64,000 nt of DNA from Camelus ferus (Eukaryota), in assembly GCF_009834535.1 (NCBI RefSeq), contig NC_045696.1, positions 44,022,001 through 44,086,000 of the forward strand, read 5' to 3'. How positions within the stretch are numbered: position 1 is the first letter of the stretch; the number at the start of each line of letters is the position of its first letter. The notes below the pieces were generated by a model, which made no database searches, was not told where the DNA came from, and worked only from the letters and a program-made list of their open reading frames with translations. A program made the translations under genes and the position numbers. Shown in pieces: positions 52,819 to 64,000 of the stretch.

Positions 52819-55689
52819 GTACTGATGTTCGCCTTTCCTTTCTATGTCTTCCTCTTAAAAATAGCAAAAGACACAACATTAAATTCTGTGGCTCATATTT
52901 GATTTACCTCTTTCCAGATACAAAAAAATTGGGGGGATTTATTTTGTAAATCAATTAGAGCTGCATGAATATCCTATTCCTTCTGTTCACGTGGAGAGGG
53001 ATGCCTAAAGCCACCGGATGGGGGGTTATTAGACGTGCTTTTCTAAGGGGGAAATAGTAAGACAAAAATGGCCTGCCTGAAGTTACAGTTTATAGATTGG
53101 AAAAAGGCACAGACAATTAAAAGATGGAACTACTTAGGGCAAATTACTTGCAATCAAGCTGCAGCTAAATGAACTTCTTGATGAGGAAGCCAAATTTATG
53201 TTGTTTCAAACCAGGGAGAAAATTTAAAGAAGTTGAAAGGTGAGCAAAATGTTAGTACTATTGGACCCAGATAGGTTGATAAGAGAAGTTATGTAGGCAA
53301 TTAAAACAATGCCTTCTGAAACATACACACACACACTCACACACACAGAAACATACACAAAACACTTCAAAACAGAAAACTGTATGATTACACACATTTT
53401 CAGCCTTCATTTCCATTGTATGTAGATGCCCCTTCTCATCACAAAAGCCCTGTGGCTTTAGAAACTCAATCACAGAACATAATCATTTTCTCCCTTAATC
53501 TGCAATTTACTATAGACATTTTATTACGAAAATGATGTATTGTTTAAACTGCTAAACAACTGTGTTTTCATTTTGTTTCTCCCCTCCCTAAATTATCCTT
53601 TGGCAGCTCTTTGAGTCGATTTTGAAAGAATGTATTTGATAATGAATTCAGAACTTACACAAAGCACAAAAGCCATGTGAAAGCTTCAAATGTGAAATAC
53701 CATATTTCTTTCTTTGTTGCTCTCTCTATATGTTTGCATTCAGGGCTGCATGCATCAGTTTCACTAAAAGCAGGATATTGTTTACATATGTCTGTCTGAA
53801 TGGAATGACTTTCAGGATTTTATAATTTTGAAAAGGCATCAAGCTAGGCTATCCTTCATCCCACTTCTGTTGCATTGGAATGTTAGGTGTAGCAAGATAG
53901 ACAAAAGAAATGTGCACTACAGATCCTTACTGGCAGTCAGCGAGTACAAGGAAACGTGGAAAGAAATCATTTTCTGCTGACAGTTACCCTTATCTTGATT
54001 TCTTTATTCTTTCATGCATTAAGTTTTGCATGAACAGAATCTGAAAAAAATTAGCCCTTGTCTGAAATAGACAAAAAAAACTTTCTCCTTCAAATGATCC
54101 CCTTTAGGAAGTAAGAACTCTCTAGTATTCAAGAATTGAAAATGACAGTAAAGAAAATGTCCATACTTACAGCAACAAATAAGAATGTGATTCTGCTGCT
54201 AATGTATTTTTTTTTTAATAGTTAAAATGGAAAATTGTCAGCACTTCCCTGGCCAGGTCTCCCATTGAAAAACAGTGGAAAATACCCAAATGCTCACAGT
54301 GGTAGTTAAGAGGTCTTTTCTCCATTCGACGTTGTCCAGCTACATCTCCCATATAACAAAATGTAAAGACGCTGAATAGAAAATACTCTACAGAACACTG
54401 AGAGAAAGTTTGGCCTTGAAAATATATTTGTATCTTTTTTGTTTCTTCCAGTGAATTATAAATTTTTAAAGACATTTCAAGCACTTTGGGAAGGTGTCTC
54501 ATTACATAGAACATTGCCTAAAGGAGCATTTGGCAACTGAAGTCATACCACCTGGAAGTGATGAGATTTCCAAATTCCACGTAGTCAGCCAGGTAAGGAG
54601 GGCTTAAAGGAAATGGGAACATCAATATACAGGATAAAGTTCATTGTTAACTGTCCCAGTAACCGTTAACTGAGCGACCAAAAATGGGCATAAAAGTGAT
54701 TTTTACATTAATGACATCCTTAGATGCAAACCTAATGAGGCAAGTCTACTTTAAAGAGTAGTGAGAACTACCTGACCAAGTGCCCCTCAAGTCTGAGGCA
54801 GGTGAATAGCCAACAGAAGCAAATCTTAGTAAAAATGTAGAAACAAAATTCAACTGACCTGGATTCTCTGCTGCCATCATTATCTAGCTTGAAAACTCGG
54901 TGCAGATCGATCAGTCTACCTTCTGAAAGATGCTTCTTCATCTACAAAATGAAAGAATTGAACTAAGTAATCACTGAGATTCTTAGAACTCCGTGACTTC
55001 AAAAATACTTCTATACCCCTATGTTGTTCCAGGCTTCTTAAAAATGTTTTGGTTAGAGGGGGAAAAAACTTCTAGAAAGGGAAATATTTGCTTCTTTATG
55101 CCAAACTGGGGACTATAAATACTTTAGGGGTAGTTGGCCCAGTGGACAGTCCCTGGGGTGCTTGGTTAAATGCTACAGTCAGGATAATCTCATAAGCAGT
55201 TTGATAAATTACTTCTATCTTCTATTCTTAAAGTCCTTTGGTGTTATGGTAAATTACCTATTTCACCCTGGTTTGTATTATAGTATGTCTAAACATATCT
55301 ATCAGTGCTGCTATAGCATGCTTTTTTAGGGGAATGACCATGCCTTTTAACTTACATGTCTCATAATACCTAATAAAACTTCCACCATAATGTCACTGTC
55401 CTTATTTCTTACTGCTGTCTTCCGCGGTTCCTGGTGTCCAGTAATGTACACCTCTTTTCACTTCTTTTAGTTTCTCACATTTGTGACTTCTACTCCAGAT
55501 TATATTATTTGTTCTTCTTTGAATGATTTGCTACCCTTTCAACCTACCCCCTCACCAACATACACATGCTTCACCTTGCAAATTCTTACTCATCCTTTAG
55601 AACTCAACTTCCATCTCTTAGTTCATCTTGAACAAAACTTTCTTAATAATTCTCCTTTGTAACAAATAACCCAATTTTAATTATTTAAT

Positions 55690-56201
55690 AGATTATGTAT
55701 ATCACTTACCTACTCCTTTGTAGCCATCTCTCCCAGATTCAATGGCTTCAAAATAAACAGGAACAAAAAAATATATTATTGCTCACATTTTATAGGTTGG
55801 TCAGCTGTTTTATCTGCTGATCTACCCCAGGCTCACTCAACTAGACAAACTGACTTTATTCACTTGTCTGGAAGTTGGTGCTGACTGATGGCCTCTCATT
55901 CTCCAGTATGGTTTTCTTATATCTCCTGGTTTTCTTAGATCATGAGAGTCTTAGGACAGCATTCTAAGAAAGCAAGAACAGAAACTGTAAGGCATCTCAA
56001 GACTGAGGATCCAGAATTCACACACTAAACTTCTGTTTCATTCTGTTAGCCAACAAAGTATGTTACAAAGCCAGCCTAGATTTAAAGGGGTGGAGGGACA
56101 GAATTCACCTTTTGTTGGCAGGAGCAGAAATATCACAATGCACAGGGCATGGACTCAAGAAGGCATAAGTCATTGTGGGCCATTTTATAACTCTGCACCA
56201 C
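55690..56201 (-). mobile_element. Older MaLR LTR (MLT1H/I-like)
   Basis: Antisense MLT1 motifs (ATTATTGCTCACATTTTATAGGTTGG, ACAAAGCCAGCCTAGATTTAAAGGGG, terminal CTGCACCACA). Confidence 0.6.
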
Positions 56202-56559
56202 ATTATGTAAAATTATTCATTTAATTTCTACATTTCCCAGTAGAATGTCAGTATACGTGGACAGGAACTATGCAATTTTTGAATCTCTGCCATATTGCCA
56301 GCATTTAATGTAGTCTTTTGCATGTTCTAGGCATCTGTGCACATTTGTTGAATAAATAATTAAATTAATGAGTTAAAGAATGCATGGACAAATAAGTCAA
56401 AAAAGTTAGAAACAGATTTCACAAACTTCTGCCTAACAGGATGAAGTTTCATCTATAGAAAAAGATAACTGTTTCTCTCCTTGACCCCACAGAAAACTAG
56501 AAACTCCACAACCAGGGGTTATCTGAGTTTACTTAAATTTTGTTGAGTATCCAGTTATC

Positions 56560-57168
56560 ACAGTAGTTTTCTATTGTTGCTGTAACACAGGGCCACAGAC
56601 TTAACAAATTAATGTTAAGCAACATAAATTTATGAGCTCACAGTTACATCAGTCAGATGTATGGAATAACTCAGCTGGGTTCTCTGCTCAGGTTTTCACA
56701 AGGCAAAAATCAAAGTACTATCTGGCTAGGCTCTTATCTGCAGGATCTGGTAGGAATCAACTTCCAGGATCAATGAAGTTGGATAGAATCCAGTTCTTTG
56801 TGCTGTAGTACTAAGGTCCTTTTTCCTTGCTGGTTGGTGGCCAGGAGTCATCCTCAGCTCTTCCAGGCTGCCCACATTCCCTCTCACACACCCTCCTCCT
56901 TTAAGCCTGTGACATTCACAGAGTACTTCTCATGCTCAAATCTCTTACTTCCTCTTCTGTCCTCAGCTGAGACAGAATGCTTTGCTTTTAAAAATCCAAG
57001 TAATTACATTTGGCCTACCTGGATAATCCAGGCTAATCTTCCCATCTTAAAGTCAATTGATTATTAACCTTAATTACATTTGCAAAGTCATTTTCGCCAT
57101 ATATCATAATATATTCACAGGGGTGGCACCACGGCAAAGGTCAGGGGTCCAAAATTCTGTCTATCACA
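56560..57168 (-). mobile_element. MaLR solo LTR (MLT1E-like)
   Basis: Antisense MLT1 motifs TTGCTGTAACA...CCACAGACTTA, CAGCTGGGTTCTCTGCTCAGG, GGATAATCCAGGCTAATCT and terminal CTGTCTATCACA. Confidence 0.75.
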
Positions 57169-57485
57169 GATACTAACCAGCAATAAACTTTATGAGGCAG
57201 GATGATTTGGGAGATGAATTCAGGAAAAGGTAATTTCAGAACTCCAAGTTGGCCATGTCTGCTCTCCTTCCCATAATCCCCTGAGACCAACTACCATTTC
57301 ATTTGTCCCCTGCAGTCTAACATACTTACTGATTATATGATCTCTGAAAATATTTATCACGCTGAATGAAATTATCCTAGGGAGTTATCTCTGACAAGGA
57401 TATTTGCATTCTGGAATGCACAGAACAAACTATGATGTGACAAGAAAAAAGCAGATGCAATGTTTATAAAATTTGGATTATAGAG

Positions 57486-57892
57486 TGTTATGGGCTAACA
57501 TGTGTCCTTCCAAATTTGTATGTTGAAACCATAAACTTTGGTACCTCAGAATGTCACTATATTTGTAGCAAGAGCCTTTAAAGAGGTGATTCAGTTAAAA
57601 TGAGGCCTTTAGGGTTAGGCTTTATTCAGTATGACTGCTATCTTTATAAGAAGAAAAAAAATTGAATACACAGAGACACCAGGCATCTGCACACACAGAG
57701 GAAAGACCATGTGAAGACACAGTGAAAAGGTGGCTAGGTCTGCGAGCCAAGGAGAGAGGCCTCAAAAGCTACCAAGTCTGCTGATACTTTGTCTTGGTCT
57801 TCCAGTTGTCAGAGCTGTGAGAAAATAAATTTTTGTTCAAGCCACCTAGCCTGTGGTATTTTGTTTTGGCAGTCCTAGCAAGCTAACATACA
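57486..57892 (+). mobile_element. MaLR solo LTR (MLT1B-like)
   Basis: TGTTATGGGCTAA start, internal CTCAGAATGTCACTATATTTG, CCAAGGAGAGAGGCCTCA and GTGAGAAAATAAATTT, and a ...CTAACATACA end; ~400 bp. Confidence 0.85.
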
Positions 57893-58299
57893 GACAAAGG
57901 AACATTAAAAATAAATACCTTATGAATGGTAGTTGTAAAAATGTATCATAAAATTATCTACACTTAGACCTTTGTAAAAAAAAATTAAAGATTAGGAAGA
58001 AAATTCAGGTTGGTTAGTCCTCACTTAATCATTATTTTAACTTTAAGAACAAGGAAAGCTGGATGTTTCAACAGTTATGAACTATAATAATTACAATGGC
58101 TGAGAAAAATGAAAAACCAATGTTGCTTGCTTCTTCACATAAAATTGCTCAAACATTTGGGGCTTCTGTTAAAACTATAGAGAAATGCTATTATTGTTAA
58201 ATTGCATGCGGTTTGCTGCATGTGATTTTAGTTGTCTATGTGTTTAGAGCAATGTACTTTTGAGTAAGCCTCTAATTGGAAATGTGTTTGTGCTTAGGA

Positions 58300-59560
58300 T
58301 TCACTCATTCATTCAACTAATATGTATTAAGTACCTGCTATGCACCAGGCACATGTTTGGGCAGTATTATTAAATAATGTAGATTAAGGTCTTGATGCAT
58401 TCATGTTTAGGAAGATGGAAATCAGCAAACAACATGCACTCTAACAGTGTTAGTAAAGATGTAGATAAAACAATTTAGAGAGAAAATGAGAGTGCTATTT
58501 TATATACGGTGGTCAAGGAGGGACTCTGGGTGGGGTTAATACCTGAGCGCAGATTAAATAAAGTAAAAAAGCAAGTCATTCAGTGTTTGGAGAGAAAACT
58601 TCCAGGCAAAGGACCAGCAAATACCAGGGCCTTAAGCCAGAAATATTCTGGTCTTGCGTTTAAGAAATAGCAAAAGATAGTGGTTGCTTGAGGAGGTGGG
58701 AAGGAAAGTAGTAGAATAAAATTAGAGACATAATTTCAAGGACCATTTCATGTAGGGCCATGCAGGCTGTGGCAGGGGACTTTGGATTTTCTGTTCATTA
58801 TCACAGAAGACCATTGGAAGTTTACAAGTGGACGAGTTCCACAATCTGACTTCTGTTTTAAAAGGACTTTTCTGGACACTAATAGACAATATATTGGAAA
58901 GAAAAAAGATGTTTAGAATAAGTTAGTAACAGTGGTTGGACTTGGGATATACTTTAAGTTAGAGCTATACTTAATGAAATGAACAAGTCTCTTGCATGTG
59001 AGAAAAGGTAGAAGTCAAGGCTGATATTAATATATTTGGCCTGAGCAAGTAGGTGACTGTGATGCCATTTCATGAAGCAGGGATCAAAGAAAGAAGATAA
59101 ATTTAGAGAGAAAAATTAAGAGTTTGGTTTTGGTCATATTAAAGTTTGAGAAGCCTGTGAGACATTTAAGTATTGATGAATCAGCAGTTGGAAATAGAGT
59201 CTGGAGGCCCGGGAAATGGTTTGGAGCCAAAGATAGAAACCTGACAGGTTGCTGGTATAGATAAGGTACTTATAGCCATGAGAGGTAAAGTGATCGCCTA
59301 GGAGATGAGTAAAGATGAAGAATGAAGGTTAAGGATAAAATCCTCAGGAATACTAAATTTGAAAGATGAGAAGAATGGGAGGAGCCAGAAAAGACAAAGA
59401 AAGAGAGATCAAGGATGTAGACAGAATGTTAGAAGAATTTGGAGTCTTGGCAGCTAAGTGAAGAAAAAAACAAAAAACAAAAACAGGAAACATATTTCAA
59501 AAAGAGAAAGTGACTGACAAACTGGGTCAAAGGCTATTTAGAGATTGAATAAGCTGAAGA
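58300..59560 (-). mobile_element. L2 fragment
   Basis: TTCACTCATTCATTCAACTAATATGTATTAAGTACCTGCTATGCACCAGGCAC, with body motifs TTTGGCCTGAGCAA and TTTGGTTTTGGTCATATTAAAGTTTGAG. Confidence 0.85.
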
Positions 59561-61724
59561 CCAAAACTTTTCATAGAGAGTATTTAATGTACTTTCAAAT
59601 ACTTTAAGATAAAAAATTATTTTACTACAGGGGATTAATAGAGCAACATGTTTCTCAGCTGTGTAGTGGCTTTATCAGATGCTCAAGCAATACCCAATAA
59701 ACTGAAAAATGTATAGGTGCATCTGAGCACTCAAGTCAATTTTGGCCTATAAAAGGCAGAGGACACTGGTCCTGGAAATGCTCAGTGAAGATTCTGTAAT
59801 TAAGGTACAGTGTTTTCACCAAGTCTTTTCACCCCACAGTTTTATTCTGTGACTGAATTATCTAAGAAAATTATTTTTTCAAGTCAGCAAAAATTTTGTT
59901 ATTAAATCAGTTAACTAGAATATGTTGAAAGAATGCTTTTAGTTTGCATCATACAGACTTAATTGGGAATTTGAGGAGGAAATCTCAGTTTTTTTGGACT
60001 TCTCTCATCGTTTTGGACTTCTGATTTACACAGTCAGAATAATCAACGACTTGGTAAATTTTCAAAGTTTGTCATTTACACTTGCACAGAATGAATACAC
60101 TTTTCTTTTAATTGCTTGCTGTTTTGTTAGTATTACTGTTAGGTGTCATCTGTACTGAAGTAAGAAAACAGAAAAGACAAATTCAACAACTATGCAGGAG
60201 TGTAAGTGGAAAGTTTTCTATTAACTTATCAGGTCTATATAATACATATTTAAATTTTTCAAAAAGAAAAGTATTTGGGACATTTGCCTGAATCATAGGA
60301 TGCTGTGTAAGAGTTGACCAATCCACCAGATAATCTTGTGACAATATCTGCTCTAAGTGTTCCAGTGTACCTACCCAGTCTTCAACATTGTGGAGCCATT
60401 TGAGATTCTTGAAAGGCCTAATCCATATAGGTATCAGAACAAACATTTACTTAGTAGAGCGAATATGCCTTTTTATGTAGAGCATTTACAATTATGCTGA
60501 ATTTTTTATTATAATCCATGTTCTTGTTGGTGGTGGTATTTCTCAAGTGAACAACTTACACATCATTCTGTAACAAAACATATTGTCATCTTCCATTTAT
60601 TTAAGCCATTCTTGCACCCTCAAGGATACAGTTTTTACCTAAGCCAAGTGAAGTGGATTTGAGGGAGACCATGAAATTTCTGTGGGCATTATTTTAAAGA
60701 GAAGTATTCACAGCTTTCTTCAGTGGTCTCATAAACTTAAAGACCATGGTAACTTTGTCCATGAAAGAAATAAAATGATGTAATAAAATGTCATCAAGTC
60801 TCTAAAATGTATTCAACAAGAGTGTATGATCATTAAGAGTAGATTGCACACACCACTGCTCATTCCTAGTATATTTAACTATGATATAATTCAATAGGTA
60901 TCTCATTCAAACAGAAAAATGGTGTATTTTTTATTTTGAGGGAAAACAAGAATAAGAATTTGAGAAAAGTAATTTTAATATTTAAATACATTTTCTTCTT
61001 GATTTGATTCATTGCATATTGATTCTATTTTACAAGAAAACAAACACATATTTTTCTTCCTTAATGGAAGTTATGTAATTCCTGAGAAAGCTGTTATGGA
61101 TTGAAAATGAAAGAGAAGTGCAAAAACAGAGTGTAAAATATATTTTGAAAAGAAACAGCAGAAGTTGGAAAATTAAAAAAGGGGTTGCTTAAGATATCTT
61201 ATTGCTAGAAAATACTTCTACAGTAATATAAAAAATATAGCAAAGCAGCCAGTGCATTAGCATTTAGGTAAAAAATGAGAAAATGCATTTTAAAAAGTGG
61301 TCTTTCTCAACATGAAGGTGGAAGCTGAATGTTTATATGCATTATGTTCTTACTATTTATTTTATTGTACCTAGCTCTGTAAAGAGAAGGTTGAAGTCAC
61401 CTTTTTGAGGTTGCTTTCCAACGCATTCATTGATTTCCTAAGTGCAATTTTATAACTTAATTTCACTTACTCCAAGTTGAAATTTTTGGGAAGAAGGGAA
61501 TAAACCCATTAATTATGTTTAATAAGTTACTTTAGACATGAACAAAGTTTCATAGTCCATAATAATTAAGTGTTGCCAGTAAATGTATTTGTGCTTCAAC
61601 TATAAGATGTAAATTTACTTCAAGCGCTTCCCTCAACCCCAATGAATTTAGATATTTACAGAATGATCTAAGTTTTATAGCCATTATGTTAAAAGTAGGC
61701 TGAGGACTTATTTTATGTCTTCAG

Positions 61725-61753
61725 AGTGGACACCACATCTCATCACTTTGGAG
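61725..61753 (+). CDS. Candidate 29-bp exon (VDTTSHHFG if phase 2->1)
   Basis: TTATTTTATGTCTTCAG| acceptor and GAG|GTAAGT consensus donor. Confidence 0.4.
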
Positions 61754-63289
61754 GTAAGTGCTTTTCTTTAGTCAGAAGAGTCCCTTTGCATTTGATTTGT
61801 TTTTAATTTGCCTAAAGCAGATATTTCTGAATTATGAATTAAAACCAACTCTGTTTCAAATCTAATTCAGAACACATTCTAACTTTCTAAACCTAAAATC
61901 AACAGAATACATAATTTGGTTATTATTTCTTATAATTTTATTTCATCAAACCAACAGAAGGAGAAGGAAGCTTCTTATCTATCAACAAATAAGGTTTATT
62001 ACGATGTAATACTATAAAAGTCATGGCAGAAAGTTGTAAAATAAAAGCTATTTTTTCAATCCTAAAATGAAGTTAGAAATGTATGGAGGTTCCATTTTAT
62101 TTATTTTTAAAAATAAAGTCCAAGTATATTTAATACCTGTCACAACATCATATATATTTTGAATTTTAGAGTATATTTCCAACAATATCAATGACCAAGC
62201 TTCTGTTAAAAAGATAGGCTTAGTTTGTGGACTCAAAGCATGGCTGCCATATAGGAGGCTGCCAGTCGGTGGCAATGCAATTTATAAAGACATTAAGAGA
62301 ATGAAAGTGGTGTGAAGGACATCTCTAAAAGAAATGCAGTTTGTTCTTGGTCAGAGAACTAAGGCAAAATGCAATTTTTTGTTAGAAGGGAAATCTTTTG
62401 TTACATTCTAGAACTGTTTTTCCCCTGGAACAGACTAAAATTTGTGAGTAGATGGAGAAAACATTCTGAAAAGTATATGAATTTGCCAACTCAGAAATTT
62501 TTAATGAAAACCTTCAATTAAATAAAATAAATTGGCTCAATTTATTTTTCTAATTGAATTGATAAGTCCAGTTAGACTTTACATAGACTCAACCAATGGC
62601 TAGCACTGTATCCCTCTTTAAATTATATTTATACTCTCACCTACAAAGAAGTAATCAAATTACTGTAATGGGAACAGAGCACAGGAACCCAGACACAAAG
62701 TATCAGAGAAGCCAAAATATGTATTACATGTTCAAGCAAACAAAAAAGAACAATAACAAATGCTCATGAACTGACACATTTCCTGCCCCATCCCCAACAC
62801 ACGCACACATACACAAACGCACACAGAGACAAACTTTGGACTTTCACTATCAAATTTAGTTTTCTAAACTCCAAGCAAATTAGAAAAAAACACAAAAGAA
62901 AAATAAAGAAATTATTGAAGATATGTCCACTATTAGCAATATGGTGATGACTAACAGGGAAGAGATTAAAAGACTTTTTAAAAATGCATACACACATAAA
63001 TACATAAACAAATTGACAATATTCTTGTTAACCTTGGGTAATTAAGTGTGATATAAAATAGTGCTATGTACTTCAGGGATTTCTCTTGATACTATTATAT
63101 TAAAACTATATTGAAGCATAGCTAATGTCTATAACAATGACAGGGAATACATATAAGCAGTGTAACAGTTTAGAAAAAATATAGAAATTTGTCATGAGTT
63201 TGAAAAAAAATTAAAATGATTGAAATAGAATTTTGAAAGCTAATTAGGAAAAGATTAAGTTTTAGTATATAGTTAGCAGAATGCTAAAT

Positions 63290-63470
63290 GCCTTATATAA
63301 AAATGTCATCACTGAAACAAGCCCATCCTGTATGTCATTTTTAATCTTCATTTTATGAATGAGAAGTATAGGCTCATAGAATTTAAGAAACATGTCAGTG
63401 TTGGTACAGCTATTAAAGTGACAGAATTAGATTTCAAACCCAGACCTGACTCTCATGATGCTGCTTCTAC
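63290..63470 (-). mobile_element. MIR SINE
   Basis: CATTTTATGAATGAGAAG...ACAGCTATTAAAGTGACAGAATTAGATTTCAAACCCAG. Confidence 0.7.
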
Positions 63471-64000
63471 TATGATGACCCATTTTAGGGATTTGAATAA
63501 TTGACTTATATGAATTGGCACAAACTCTAAAATGAAGCACTAATGTACTTGGTCAGATCAGAGTTTTATTATCAAGTTGACAAAAGCGTATTTAAATATG
63601 CAGGAAAAAGATCTATTATTTGTCTAAATGCTACGCTATACTTTGTTCAAAAGTTATGTGGAAGCCATTTGTTCCCATATTAAGTAACCTCAAAATATTT
63701 TTGCTCTGAACTCTCTTTTTTTTTTTAATTTAATAATTTTATTTGTTGATTTTTAAATTTCCTGCCAGGTTTTGCATGCTACTTTTTTCTCTTGTTCCAC
63801 TGTGACTACCTCTATCAAACTCTTGCTTTTCTATCTAAATTCTACCTAGCTTACTATACTGTAAGCAACCAAATGGCCTGTCAAGCTCATTGGAATGTTA
63901 TGTTTTATGAAAAGATGGAATTTCTGATTAAATATTTATGTGGTTTACTGTAAATGAAGTATACGAATTCTTGTCCCTGGATTTTAAAAAATTTCCTTTT

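Noticed and set aside
52754..52853. Minus-strand exon candidate (EEDIERKGEHQYL* or GRHRKERRTSV...)
   Set aside because: Weak donor (GTTTTT), no supporting minus-strand partner exons, and it overlaps a better plus-strand candidate.

Overview
This is AT-rich, CpG-depleted mammalian genomic DNA, most likely from a camelid (alpaca/llama/camel), because it carries a tRNA-Ala-like SINE resembling vic-1. It contains no prokaryotic-type system, CRISPR array or intact long ORF. Roughly half the window is interspersed repeat. The main elements are a full-length but inactivated ~7.3 kb LINE-1 (8058-15384, minus strand, 17-bp TSD), a 5'-inverted twin-primed L1 with a split poly(A) tail (18137-20783), and a nested L1 cluster at 26.4-34.7 kb that includes a poly(A)-tailed, TSD-flanked element resembling a retroposed LTR R region. 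There are also L2, MIR, MLT1, MER44/Tigger and MER91-like fossils and several microsatellites. In the unique DNA, a series of very short plus-strand segments (25-51 bp) with canonical splice signals can be joined in frame across the window, which suggests the introns and micro-exons of one large gene I cannot name. The protein-like ORFs in the supplied track are L1 fragments; most of the rest are L1 antisense or low-complexity frames. Repeat family names come from recalled consensus motifs, not from a database search, and boundaries of old repeats are approximate.
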